Below are positions 18,133-26,446 of a DNA stretch of 48,342 bases, piece by piece (positions within the stretch are counted from its first letter, which is position 1; every line of letters starts with the position of its first letter). A program made the translations under genes and the position numbers. Below the pieces are notes generated by a model that searched no databases, had not been told where the DNA came from, and saw only the letters and a list, made by a program, of their open reading frames with translations. The stretch comes from an uncultured Syntrophomonas sp. (GTDB lineage: Bacteria; Bacillota; Syntrophomonadia; Syntrophomonadales; Syntrophomonadaceae). The stretch is from NCBI GenBank assembly GCA_964580805.1, contig CAZOMS010000001.1:1-48342 (forward strand), read 5' to 3'.

Positions 18133-19218
18133 ATGAGGACTAGAAAACATATTGCATTGTTGCTGACTGTTTGCCTGCTGATAACCATGGCAGTCGGCTG
18201 CAGCAAAAGTACAGAGACCCCGAAGGAAGAGGCCCGGCCCCAGACCATTACCTTTACCGACTCGGCTGGACGTAATGTAGAGCTTCCAGCCACCATTAGC
18301 CGTATCGCCCCTTCCGGGCAGCTGGCTCAGATTGTGCTTTTTGCCATAGCTCCCGATATGTTCGTCGGCATTACCAACAAATGGTCTGCCAGTGCTGAAA
18401 AATTTTTGAATACCGAATACTACAATCTCCCCGTATTGGGCCAGTTCTATGGAGCCCAAAATCTTAACCTGGAAGAGATCGCTAAAGTCAATCCCCAGGT
18501 CGTTATCGATATCGGAGAAACCAAAAAAACAATCGTAGAAGACATGGATGGTGTCACCAATCAGATCCACATTCCCGTTATTCATATTGAAGCCACCACC
18601 GCTACTACGCCGCAAGCCTACCGGACCTTGGGCCAGCTGCTCAATCGGGAAAAAGAAGCTGAAGTGCTGGCCCAATATTGTGAACAAACCTATAGTAAAA
18701 CCCAGGATATTATGAAAGCAGTGGGTGACGCTAACAAAGTCAAGCTGCTTTACTTGTCTGGCGATGATGGATTGAATGTTATAGCCAAAGGCTCCTTCCA
18801 TGCTGAGATTCTTGATATGGTCAGTAATAATGTAGCCGTTATCGAAAACCCCTCCAGCAAAGGCACCGGCAATCCGGTAGATTTGGAACAGATAGTCCTG
18901 TGGAATCCGGAAGTCATCATTTTTGCCCCGGGCAGTGTATACAGCAAGGTCGGCAGTGATCCAGCCTGGCAGAATCTGGCGGCTATTAAATCCGGTAAAT
19001 ACTACGAAGTTCCGGAAGGGCCCTTTAACTGGATGGGATTTCCTCCTTCCGTTAACCGCTATATGGGGATGATTTGGGTTACCCAATTGTTGTATCCGGA
19101 TCAGGCGAAGTACAATGCTTTTGAAGAGACCAAAAAGTATTATGATCTCTTCTATCACACTCAACTCACCGAGGATCAGTATAAGGGTTTGGTAGCAAAC
19201 TCGCTTCTGAAAAAATAG
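18133..19218 (+). CDS. Periplasmic binding protein (Peripla_BP_2, BtuF/FhuD type) lipoprotein
   Basis: This is a 361-aa ORF with a GGAGGAGG RBS and the lipobox TMAVGCSK. Confidence 0.8.
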   Translation: MRTRKHIALLLTVCLLITMAVGCSKSTETPKEEARPQTITFTDSAGRNVELPATISRIAPSGQLAQIVLFAIAPDMFVGITNKWSASAEKFLNTEYYNLPVLGQFYGAQNLNLEEIAKVNPQVVIDIGETKKTIVEDMDGVTNQIHIPVIHIEATTATTPQAYRTLGQLLNREKEAEVLAQYCEQTYSKTQDIMKAVGDANKVKLLYLSGDDGLNVIAKGSFHAEILDMVSNNVAVIENPSSKGTGNPVDLEQIVLWNPEVIIFAPGSVYSKVGSDPAWQNLAAIKSGKYYEVPEGPFNWMGFPPSVNRYMGMIWVTQLLYPDQAKYNAFEETKKYYDLFYHTQLTEDQYKGLVANSLLKK

Positions 19219-19236
19219 CGATGAAGCAATTCAACC

Positions 19237-19278
19237 TAGGGAAGCAGGGGACGGCGGTTCTCCTGCTTTCTTTTTTAT
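19237..19278 (+). terminator. Rho-independent terminator; copy A of a repeated 32-nt hairpin element
   Basis: tagggaagcaggggacggcggttctcctgctt is followed by a T run. It is 31/32 identical to 20934..20965. Confidence 0.75.
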
Positions 19279-19407
19279 CCCTTGCTTCCTGAAAACAGAA
19301 GGCGGAGTGAAGCAGAGTCTAATAAGCCCATGTTGTATTCGAAAAGAACCGGTAATGTTCAAGCATTCTAGTATAATTAGTATAGAATTAGTAAAGAGGG
19401 CAAAACG

Positions 19408-20358
19408 ATGCACTTGAAAACAACGAATTTGCGAAAAGGGATGTCTAAAGAGAAGAGAGAAAACAGTGATATTAAAGTCTACCTCGGCTATCATCCCCCG
19501 TATCGATGGAAGGAGATGATGCGATTCCTTGAGGGGCGTTCCATTTCTGGTGTTGATCTTGTCAAAGACAATATGTATTGGCGAACGGCCCAGCTGCTAA
19601 ATGAGAATAAAGAATATACTTACGGTTGGATTAAGGTAGAGGACAACTCTGCCAGGAATGCATTAGGCATAACCATAAGTGGATCATTGTTGCCGGTCTT
19701 GCCGCTGGTTCTGGAGAAAATAAAGAATATGTTTGATTTGTATTGCCAACCGGAGATTGTTTGCCAGGCGCTTTCATCGATGAATGATATTCGTTCCGGA
19801 CTTTGTGTGCTCGGAACACGTTTGCCAGGTTGCTTTGATACATTTGAAATGTCCGTAAGGGCAATATTAGGACAACAGATTACCGTAAAAGCTGCAAGTA
19901 CTTTAGCTGCTAGAATTGTGAATGCATATGGAATACCAGTTCAAACCGAGATCGATGGTTTGACGCACGCATTTCCTACCCCGGAGAGGTTACTCGCGTT
20001 AGGGGAGCCTTTGGAAAACCACCTGGGGCCATTAGGGGTAATTGCTTCGCGTTCGAGGACGATCTCATCTTTAGCAAACGTATTTGTACAGAAGGAAGTT
20101 AATTTTAGGATTTGTTCCGATCCAGAAAAAGAAATGAAAAAACTGTTATCAATTCGTGGCATTGGAAACTGGACTGCCCAGTATATTGCCATGCGTACCA
20201 TGGCTTGGCCAGACGCATTTCTTGAAACTGATGTTGGAATAAAAAAGGCATTACCCGGTTTTTCGTCTAAAGAATTACTGCAAATCGCTGAACAGTGGCG
20301 GCCTTGGCGCAGCTATGCCACCATAAATCTTTGGAATTCCCTGTATGAGGAGGCTTAA
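19408..20358 (+). CDS. alkA: DNA-3-methyladenine glycosylase II (AlkA_N + HhH-GPD)
   Basis: This is a 316-aa ORF with an AAGAGGG RBS. It has the N-terminal YRWKEMMRFLEGR fold segment, the HhH motif LLSIRGIGNWTAQYIAMR and a downstream catalytic Asp (ETDVGI). Confidence 0.8.
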   Translation: MHLKTTNLRKGMSKEKRENSDIKVYLGYHPPYRWKEMMRFLEGRSISGVDLVKDNMYWRTAQLLNENKEYTYGWIKVEDNSARNALGITISGSLLPVLPLVLEKIKNMFDLYCQPEIVCQALSSMNDIRSGLCVLGTRLPGCFDTFEMSVRAILGQQITVKAASTLAARIVNAYGIPVQTEIDGLTHAFPTPERLLALGEPLENHLGPLGVIASRSRTISSLANVFVQKEVNFRICSDPEKEMKKLLSIRGIGNWTAQYIAMRTMAWPDAFLETDVGIKKALPGFSSKELLQIAEQWRPWRSYATINLWNSLYEEA

Positions 20359-20361
20359 GAT

Positions 20362-20901
20362 ATGTATTACTCAACCCATTACAAATCACCGGTGGGCGAT
20401 ATATTACTTGCCAGTGATGGACACAACATCGTCGGTCTATGGATTGGCAACCAGAAATATATTGACAACACGATGCCAACAGATATCATCGAAAAAGATG
20501 ACATTCCGATACTACGAGAAGGTGTTGCCTGGCTGGATGATTATTTTGCTGGTAAGAAACCAAAATTGTCCAGGCTGCCTCTGGCTCCAAAAGGTGGCGA
20601 GTTCAAACAGCAGGTGTGGAAAATTCTTACCGAAATACCCTATGGAGAGCTGACAACATACGGAAGCATTGCGAAAGAAGTTGCCAAACGAATGGGAAAG
20701 AACAGGATGTCTGCGCAAGCTGTAGGTGGTGCCGTGGGACACAATCCGATTTCTGTCATTATACCCTGCCATCGGGTGATAGGCGCCGACGGAAGTCTGA
20801 CCGGTTATGCCGGCGGGATCGACAAAAAGGTAAAGCTGCTCAAGCACGAAGGAGTTGACATGACCAAATTATTTGTGCCCAAAAAGGGGACTGCGCTATA
20901 A
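20362..20901 (+). CDS. ogt: Methylated-DNA--protein-cysteine S-methyltransferase
   Basis: This is a 179-aa ORF with a GAGGAGG RBS. The active site is IPCHRVIG, with YGELTTYGSIAK upstream. Confidence 0.9.
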   Translation: MYYSTHYKSPVGDILLASDGHNIVGLWIGNQKYIDNTMPTDIIEKDDIPILREGVAWLDDYFAGKKPKLSRLPLAPKGGEFKQQVWKILTEIPYGELTTYGSIAKEVAKRMGKNRMSAQAVGGAVGHNPISVIIPCHRVIGADGSLTGYAGGIDKKVKLLKHEGVDMTKLFVPKKGTAL

Positions 20902-20933
20902 AAAGCTTGCTTATGAATTTATCATTTTCACCA

Positions 20934-20975
20934 TAGGGAAGCAGGGGACGACGGTTCTCCTGCTTCCCTCTTTTC
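20934..20975 (+). terminator. Rho-independent terminator; copy B of the repeated hairpin element
   Basis: GGGAAGCAGG-13 nt-CCTGCTTCCC is followed by tctttt. See 19237. Confidence 0.75.
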
Positions 20976-21093
20976 CCCCTCGCTTCAAGATGGGGTTAAT
21001 AGAGTATAAGGAGCTGGCTTGCAAATATCCTAACAGTATGAAATAATTTTTGCCGAAACGAGATATTTCGAGCGAATAGGAGTGTATTAATCT

Positions 21094-21504
21094 ATGGTTG
21101 ATCAGAACAGGAAGAAGGTATCACCATCAGTGGATGAATGGCTCAAGGCAGCCAAGGCACATCCGATGGCGGCGCGATCAGGGATGTTTTTGATTCACAA
21201 CGGGGTGGTCCGGGAGACGCCCAAGGCCCAGGTGCGCCAGGGACTCGATGACGGTTCAGTGGTAAAAGGAATGAAATTCGCCTACGACGCCGCCAAAGTG
21301 GATGAAATGATTGCCCAGACCTATAATCTGGAAGGCATTTTCTATGTTAGGGTGTGGCTCAATGAAGGGCAGCTTGAGGTCGGTGATGACATCATGTATG
21401 TGCTGATCGGCGGTGACATCCGGCCCCATGTTATTGATGCCCTGCAATTCCTGGTGGGTAAAATCAAAAACGAATGTGTCACCGAGATCGAGCAAAAATC
21501 ATGA
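21094..21504 (+). CDS. moaE: MoaE-like molybdopterin synthase catalytic subunit family protein
   Basis: This is a 136-aa ORF. HNGVVRE...YVRVWLNEGQLEVGDDIMYVLIGGDIRPHVIDALQFLVGKIK parallels the MoaE G-x-VR ... GD...V.V...HR..AF pattern. It is divergent, so I am moderately confident. Confidence 0.55.
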   Translation: MVDQNRKKVSPSVDEWLKAAKAHPMAARSGMFLIHNGVVRETPKAQVRQGLDDGSVVKGMKFAYDAAKVDEMIAQTYNLEGIFYVRVWLNEGQLEVGDDIMYVLIGGDIRPHVIDALQFLVGKIKNECVTEIEQKS

Positions 21505-21519
21505 TTGGGAGTTAATGTT

Positions 21520-22758
21520 ATGAGAAGAAAGGTTTCATTGGAAGAAGCCCAGAATCTTTTGTTGGAGCGGGCCGAACCAACTGGTGAGAGTGGAGTATCG
21601 TTGCTGGAGGCTAATGGGAGGGTATTAAGTCAAGACATCTTTGCTCCCATCAACATTCCATCTTTTGCTAAATCGGCCCTGGATGGTTATGCCCTTATAG
21701 CTGCCGACACAATTGCCGCCGGGGAATCTTGCCCGGCACTTCTCAATGTCATAGATGAAACCAGAGCCGGCTTCCTCGCTAGGGAAAAAGTAATGCCGGG
21801 GACGGCTGTCAAGCTTATGACCGGCGCGCCCATCCCGGAGGGAGCTGATGTGGTCATAAAATACGAAGACATAACAAGAAATGGTGATGTGATATCGGTA
21901 TTCCAACCGCTAAAAGCCCATGACAATATTATTCCAGTTGGTGAAGATATGAAACAGGGTCAATTGGCGGCAACCCAAGGTACTCTGATCAATTCGGGTC
22001 TGGTAGCCTTGTTGGCCGGATTAGGGCTCCACCGCGTGCCGGTTTACAAACAGCCCAGGGTAGCCATAATGAGCACTGGTGATGAAGTGATGCTGCCCGG
22101 TGAACCGCTGCAGGACGGCAAAATCTATAACAGCAGTCTATTTGGGTTGATGGCCCGCTGTGCCGAGATGGGATGCCAAACAATTGATTTAGGAATAGTA
22201 CCTGATAACATATATGCTACCAGTGCTCGCATTGCTCGAGGATTGGAAGAGGCGGATATAATCCTCAGTACCGGCGGGGTATCGGTGGGAGATTATGATC
22301 TGGTCAAAGAAGCCATGGTGGATGCGGGAGCTGAAATCATATTCTGGCAGGTAGCCATGAAACCAGGCTCACCGATGGTTGCGGCTGCCAAAGGGAAGCA
22401 GTTTCTGATTGGCCTGTCCGGCAATCCAGCCGCTGCCATGGTCACCTTTGATTTGATTGTGGTCCCAGCAATAAAAAAGATGATGGGCATGGTCGACCCC
22501 TTGCCGGTAAAAATACACGGTGTTTTTGCTGACACCTTCACCAAGTCCAGCCCGCAAAGAAGGATGCTGCGGGCTAGATTGGAGAGAAGGGACAATGTGG
22601 ATTGTTTCCTGCTCACCGGTGACCAGAGCAATGGAGCCATGGCCTCTATGGTTGAATCTAACGTCCTACTGGATATCCCGGCTGGCAGCGGAGCAGTGGT
22701 ACCGGGGCAACAGGTCGTGGGACATATAGTGGGAAATATCAGCAGTGCTTACAAATGA
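21520..22758 (+). CDS. moeA: Molybdopterin molybdenumtransferase MoeA
   Basis: The ORF is 21505..22758, with ATG 21520 after GGGAG. It reads SLEEAQNLLL..., SALDGYA and GGVSVGDYDL, with the MoeA C-terminal domain. Confidence 0.85.
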   Translation: MRRKVSLEEAQNLLLERAEPTGESGVSLLEANGRVLSQDIFAPINIPSFAKSALDGYALIAADTIAAGESCPALLNVIDETRAGFLAREKVMPGTAVKLMTGAPIPEGADVVIKYEDITRNGDVISVFQPLKAHDNIIPVGEDMKQGQLAATQGTLINSGLVALLAGLGLHRVPVYKQPRVAIMSTGDEVMLPGEPLQDGKIYNSSLFGLMARCAEMGCQTIDLGIVPDNIYATSARIARGLEEADIILSTGGVSVGDYDLVKEAMVDAGAEIIFWQVAMKPGSPMVAAAKGKQFLIGLSGNPAAAMVTFDLIVVPAIKKMMGMVDPLPVKIHGVFADTFTKSSPQRRMLRARLERRDNVDCFLLTGDQSNGAMASMVESNVLLDIPAGSGAVVPGQQVVGHIVGNISSAYK

Positions 22759-22861
22759 ACCCGGGCAAATTCTTCATTGCGTTCAGAATTATCATGCGTA
22801 TCCGCACCTTGGCTTCGTTCAGCGGACGGCTTGAATTGGTTGTAGCGGATTCTTTCGTGGT

Positions 22862-23551
22862 ATGATAATCATAAGAACTGCCCTCGGATGGATCCGGCTT
22901 AGAGGGAGTATTCATGGCGGATGGTTCCAAGAACCAATAAATACCGGCAGTCTGGGCCGACAGCGGGAGGTATGCAGCATCACTAACAACCTGGATGGGA
23001 AAGGAATAAAGGTGACAGCCAGCGGTGACAGACTGATAATTACCGGATCAGGGCGGGTGGCCTACTTTATATGTAAATTTGCCGCCGCAGTTGGCTATCG
23101 GGTCACGGTGCTGGACCATGACGCCGACACGCTTAATCGGGAGAGATTTCCTGGTGCCAGTGAACTCCGCTTGGGGGATGAAGTGCGGCTGTTGCGGGAA
23201 TGCGATATTGACACTGAGACTAGTATAGTCATTGTCACCCATCATCATGAGAATGATGAGGCGGCCTTGTTGGCAGTGATAGACTCACCGGCTAGATACA
23301 TTGGAATCTTGAGCAATAAGCGGGCGGTTACCGCATATATGAGCAAGTTAACGTCCCTGGGGGTCCCCGAGAAGTCCCTGTCCCGTATTCATACCCCGAT
23401 TGGCCTGGATATAGGGGGTACGCTGGCAGCGGAAATCGCCCTGGCAGCAGTTGCTGAGCTACAAGCGGTAAAATACAATCGCCCGGGCGGTTTCATGGTC
23501 ATCAAGCAAAAAAGCGATCGTGCTCTGCGGAAGCGCGACGAGCTGTTCTGA
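22862..23551 (+). CDS. XdhC-family protein, Rossmann (XdhC_C) domain only
   Basis: LIITGSGRVAYFICKFAAAVGYRVTVLDHD...IVIVTHHHENDEAAL...IGILSNKR...IHTPIGLDIGG matches XdhC_C. No XdhC_CoxI N-domain is recognisable. The real start may be GTG 23012 (GGAAAGGAA RBS). Confidence 0.65.
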   Translation: MIIIRTALGWIRLRGSIHGGWFQEPINTGSLGRQREVCSITNNLDGKGIKVTASGDRLIITGSGRVAYFICKFAAAVGYRVTVLDHDADTLNRERFPGASELRLGDEVRLLRECDIDTETSIVIVTHHHENDEAALLAVIDSPARYIGILSNKRAVTAYMSKLTSLGVPEKSLSRIHTPIGLDIGGTLAAEIALAAVAELQAVKYNRPGGFMVIKQKSDRALRKRDELF

Positions 23552-23695
23552 TATCCGGCGCCTGATGCAAATATGGGATAAGCTTAACTACGGTTCTGGT
23601 ATGGGGCACGAGTTTTGGTTTCAATAGATAATGCTTCCGTACCTTAAGGTGGGTATTCTTAAAGCAGTTTACGAATATAAGAACATGTACATAGA

Positions 23696-23723
23696 AAATG
23701 GCTCCTTGTTCAAGGAGCCATTT
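23696..23723. terminator. Hairpin terminator between xdhC-like and mop (bidirectional geometry)
   Basis: AAATGGCTCC-ttgttcaa-GGAGCCATTT. Confidence 0.6.
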
Positions 23724-23738
23724 AATTACCAACCAAAA

Positions 23739-23951
23739 TTAGTGGTCCACTGCTACCATGACGCTGCTTGCTTTGATGATCGCATATGCTTCCTTACCAA
23801 CCGCCAATTCTAAATCTTCCGCTGAATGCTTGGTGATCATGCTTACTACTTGAGCGCCCCCAGGGAGTTCGATTACTACTTCAGTGTTGACAGCACCGGG
23901 GATGAGGTTCACAATCTTGCCTTTCAGTTGATTCCGTGCGCTTACCTTCAT
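23739..23951 (-). CDS. mop: Molbindin / TOBE-domain molybdate-binding protein (Mop)
   Basis: This is a 70-aa ORF with an AAGGAGGG RBS. MKVSARNQLKGKI...VNTEV...ITKHSAEDLEL..GKEAYAIIKASSV is the TOBE signature. Confidence 0.85.
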   Translation of the reverse strand: MKVSARNQLKGKIVNLIPGAVNTEVVIELPGGAQVVSMITKHSAEDLELAVGKEAYAIIKASSVMVAVDH

Positions 23952-24133
23952 GCAATTCCCTCCTTATTCTTCTAATAGAGCATGTCCCAATTTCATTTTT
24001 GCATACGGATGTAGAATTGTCAAAGAATGGGTTAACTTGTGAACATATTGACATTCTTATTACAATTTAAATCATTAAGTAATATCGCCCCTCCAGAAAA
24101 CATTACCTAGTTTCATAATCAAGTGAAATAAAA

Positions 24134-24162
24134 ACAGAAACCCAGTCGGGCCGGGTTTCTGT
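24134..24162 (-). terminator. Rho-independent terminator after the cotF-like pair
   Basis: On the minus strand, ACAGAAACCC-ggcccgact-GGGTTTCTGT is followed by TTTTATTT. Confidence 0.7.
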
Positions 24163-24224
24163 TTTGCTCCTGAAAAACGACGGGCAGGGGATGGGATACC
24201 CCGGCTCCATCATATTCGGAATCG

Positions 24225-24494
24225 TTACTGCATCTGCTGCTGCATGGTGGTGAAGCTCTGCTGAATCCGGGTCAGCTCTTCCTGGGGAGCCGGGGCCACC
24301 TTATACCAGCCCTTCTGGTTCATCACGTCGAAGATCTGTTTTTGATGGTCCAGGGTTTGATTGAGAAGGTTGCTGAAATGCTGCCTTACCTGGGGATTGG
24401 CACTTTCGATAACGCCACTGGTCAGCATGCTGGCCGCCAGTTTATGTTCATTCAAGAGAATCCCCATCCATTCCATATCTTTAGACACTGTCAT
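24225..24494 (-). CDS. Spore coat protein, CotF-like (Coat_F domain)
   Basis: This is an 89-aa ORF. LNEHKLAASMLTSGVIESANPQVRQHFSNLLNQTLDHQKQIFDVMNQKGWY is the Coat_F pattern. GTG 24488 is an alternative start. Confidence 0.75.
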   Translation of the reverse strand: MTVSKDMEWMGILLNEHKLAASMLTSGVIESANPQVRQHFSNLLNQTLDHQKQIFDVMNQKGWYKVAPAPQEELTRIQQSFTTMQQQMQ

Positions 24495-24500
24495 TCCTCC

Positions 24501-24704
24501 TTACTGCATTGTGGTGCGTCCGGACACCAGTGAAGCTGATTTCTGGATCACCTGCCGGTGCGGGCTGCTCATACTTTGGATTAGATTCTTGACCTGGGGA
24601 TCGGTGCATTCGTTCATGGCGTGATTACACGTCTTTTGGATCGACTCGAAGAGCTTGCTGGAATCCTCCAGATAGAGAAGTTCCCGGGTGGAAAGCTGAT
24701 TCAC
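24501..24704 (-). CDS. Spore coat protein F-like small protein (partner of the preceding gene)
   Basis: This is a 67-aa ORF reading TRELLYLEDSSKLFESIQKTCNHAMNECTDPQVKNLIQ. It is tandem with the Coat_F gene and separated from it by 6 nt. Confidence 0.6.
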   Translation of the reverse strand: MNQLSTRELLYLEDSSKLFESIQKTCNHAMNECTDPQVKNLIQSMSSPHRQVIQKSASLVSGRTTMQ

Positions 24705-25115
24705 TCTAACCTACCTCCTTTAATAAAATCTAATCTTTAGGATGTGCAAAAATCGATGCAATATACAGAAAATCGGCTATTAATTGAATCATCCGCCGGG
24801 CTGACGCAACTATCAGCACATTAGGGCATGAAATATCGAATGCCGGCTTTTAATCCGATGTATTATTAGAGACAAAGGGAGGTCGAGATTTGGATACCGG
24901 TAATGAAAAAGAACTAGCTGTTCTAAACCGGCCTGGCAATAAGAGACTGCTGCCCGGTAATCCCGGCAGAAGCAACAGGGAGCCGATGCGGCTCCCTTCC
25001 TAAACATCGATTTAACGCCTGGCAGCGACGTTTGTTATACTGTATACATTCAACAATATGCAAAAAACTAAGTTATACTTTTATGTGATTATTCGACTTT
25101 TGAGGAGGCAATCAA

Positions 25116-26402
25116 ATGACATCATCAACCTACAATCCCTATGAGAACGCCCAGGCGCAATTCGACCGGGTAGCAGAAATAATCGGACTCGATTATGCTA
25201 CCAGGCAACTGCTGCGCCAGCCCATGAAGGAATACCACTTTACCATTCCGGTAAGAATGGACGATGGCAGTACCCGCATTTTTAACGGCTACCGGGTGAA
25301 GCATAATGATGCTCGCGGCCCGGCCAAAGGTGGGATTCGTTTTCATCCCGAGGAGACCGTAGACACGGTAAGGGCTCTGTCCATGTGGATGACCTGGAAA
25401 TGCGCGGTTGTCGACATCCCGCTGGGTGGGGGCAAGGGCGGTGTAATATGTAATCCCCGCGATCTTTCCGAAGGAGAACAGGAAAGACTGTGCCGCGGTT
25501 GGGTCCGCCAGGTGGCCCGGGATGTAGGCCCGGTGATAGATGTGCCCGCCCCCGACGTGATGACCAATGCCAAACATATGCTGTGGATGTTGGACGAGTT
25601 TGAAACCATCCACGGGGGAAGATATCCTGGCTTCATTACCGGCAAACCGGTGGAGATGGGTGGTTCCCTGGGCAGGACTGAAGCTACCGGGTATGGAGTC
25701 GTTTACACCATCCGCGAGGCCCTGGAAGGAATGGGGATCGATATCAAGAACACCAGTGCCAGCATTCAGGGCTGCGGCAATGTGGCCCAGTACGCGGCTC
25801 AGCTCTACCAGGAATTGGGCGGCAATATCGTATCCATTTCCTGTTGGGACCATGCCGACCAGATGGCCTATTCATATACCAATGACGACGGCCTGGACGC
25901 CCGGGAATTACCCAACATCACCGATCCTTACGGCAGCATCGATAAAGCCAAGGCTTTGGATTTGGGATGCAAGGTGCAGCCCCATGACGCCTGGATAGCG
26001 CAGGATGTCGACATTTTGATCCCGGCCGCCATGGAGAATCAAATAAACCTGTCCAATGTGGGCAAAATCAATAAAAAGGTCAAGATCATAGCCGAAGGCG
26101 CCAACGGGCCTATCAATACCGAAGCAGATGAGATCGTCCGCAACAGCGGCATCTTCGTAATACCAGATTTCCTGGCCAATGCCGGCGGTGTAACCTGCAG
26201 CTACTTCGAACAGGTGCAGTCCAATGCCAACTACTATTGGGAAAAAGACGAAGTGTTGGAAAAGCTGGACCAAAAGATGACATCCTCTTTCCGAGCAGTG
26301 CGCGATATTGCCCAGCGCCACAGCCTCTACACCCGCGACGCTGCCTATGTGATTTCCATCAACCGGGTGGCCCACGCGGCCAAGATGCGGGGCTGGGTAT
26401 AG
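25116..26402 (+). CDS. gdhA: Glutamate dehydrogenase (Glu/Leu/Phe/Val dehydrogenase family)
   Basis: This is a 428-aa ORF with a GAGGAGG RBS. It has the catalytic Lys motif PLGGGKGG and the Rossmann motif QGCGNVA. Confidence 0.9.
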   Translation: MTSSTYNPYENAQAQFDRVAEIIGLDYATRQLLRQPMKEYHFTIPVRMDDGSTRIFNGYRVKHNDARGPAKGGIRFHPEETVDTVRALSMWMTWKCAVVDIPLGGGKGGVICNPRDLSEGEQERLCRGWVRQVARDVGPVIDVPAPDVMTNAKHMLWMLDEFETIHGGRYPGFITGKPVEMGGSLGRTEATGYGVVYTIREALEGMGIDIKNTSASIQGCGNVAQYAAQLYQELGGNIVSISCWDHADQMAYSYTNDDGLDARELPNITDPYGSIDKAKALDLGCKVQPHDAWIAQDVDILIPAAMENQINLSNVGKINKKVKIIAEGANGPINTEADEIVRNSGIFVIPDFLANAGGVTCSYFEQVQSNANYYWEKDEVLEKLDQKMTSSFRAVRDIAQRHSLYTRDAAYVISINRVAHAAKMRGWV

Positions 26403-26446
26403 GAGCCAGCGGGATCGGGGACTGCCTCCGGGCAAAAGGTGAAATC

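Noticed and set aside
17995-19164. 389-aa minus-strand ORF
   Set aside because: It is entirely antisense to the well-supported BtuF/FhuD-type lipoprotein gene (18133..19218). Its composition is low-complexity and Gly/Phe/Ile-rich, with no motifs or RBS. It is a typical shadow ORF.
23952-24120. Possible Moco riboswitch upstream of mop (and at 20976..21093 upstream of moaE)
   Set aside because: Both leaders are AT-rich and lack the GC-rich conserved Moco-motif helices.
24890-25003. 37-aa TTG-start ORF (MDTGNEKELAVLNRPGNKRLLPGNPGRSNREPMRLPS) with a GGGAGG RBS near the coat genes
   Set aside because: It is short, has a non-ATG start and matches no family I recognise. The hairpin at its end lacks a T run. 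The evidence is too thin to call a gene.
26237-26446. Upstream 70-codon extension of the large multidomain ORF
   Set aside because: It overlaps the 3' end of gdh in another frame and reads as Arg/Pro/Gly-rich junk. ATG 26447 has an RBS and starts the recognisable sequence.
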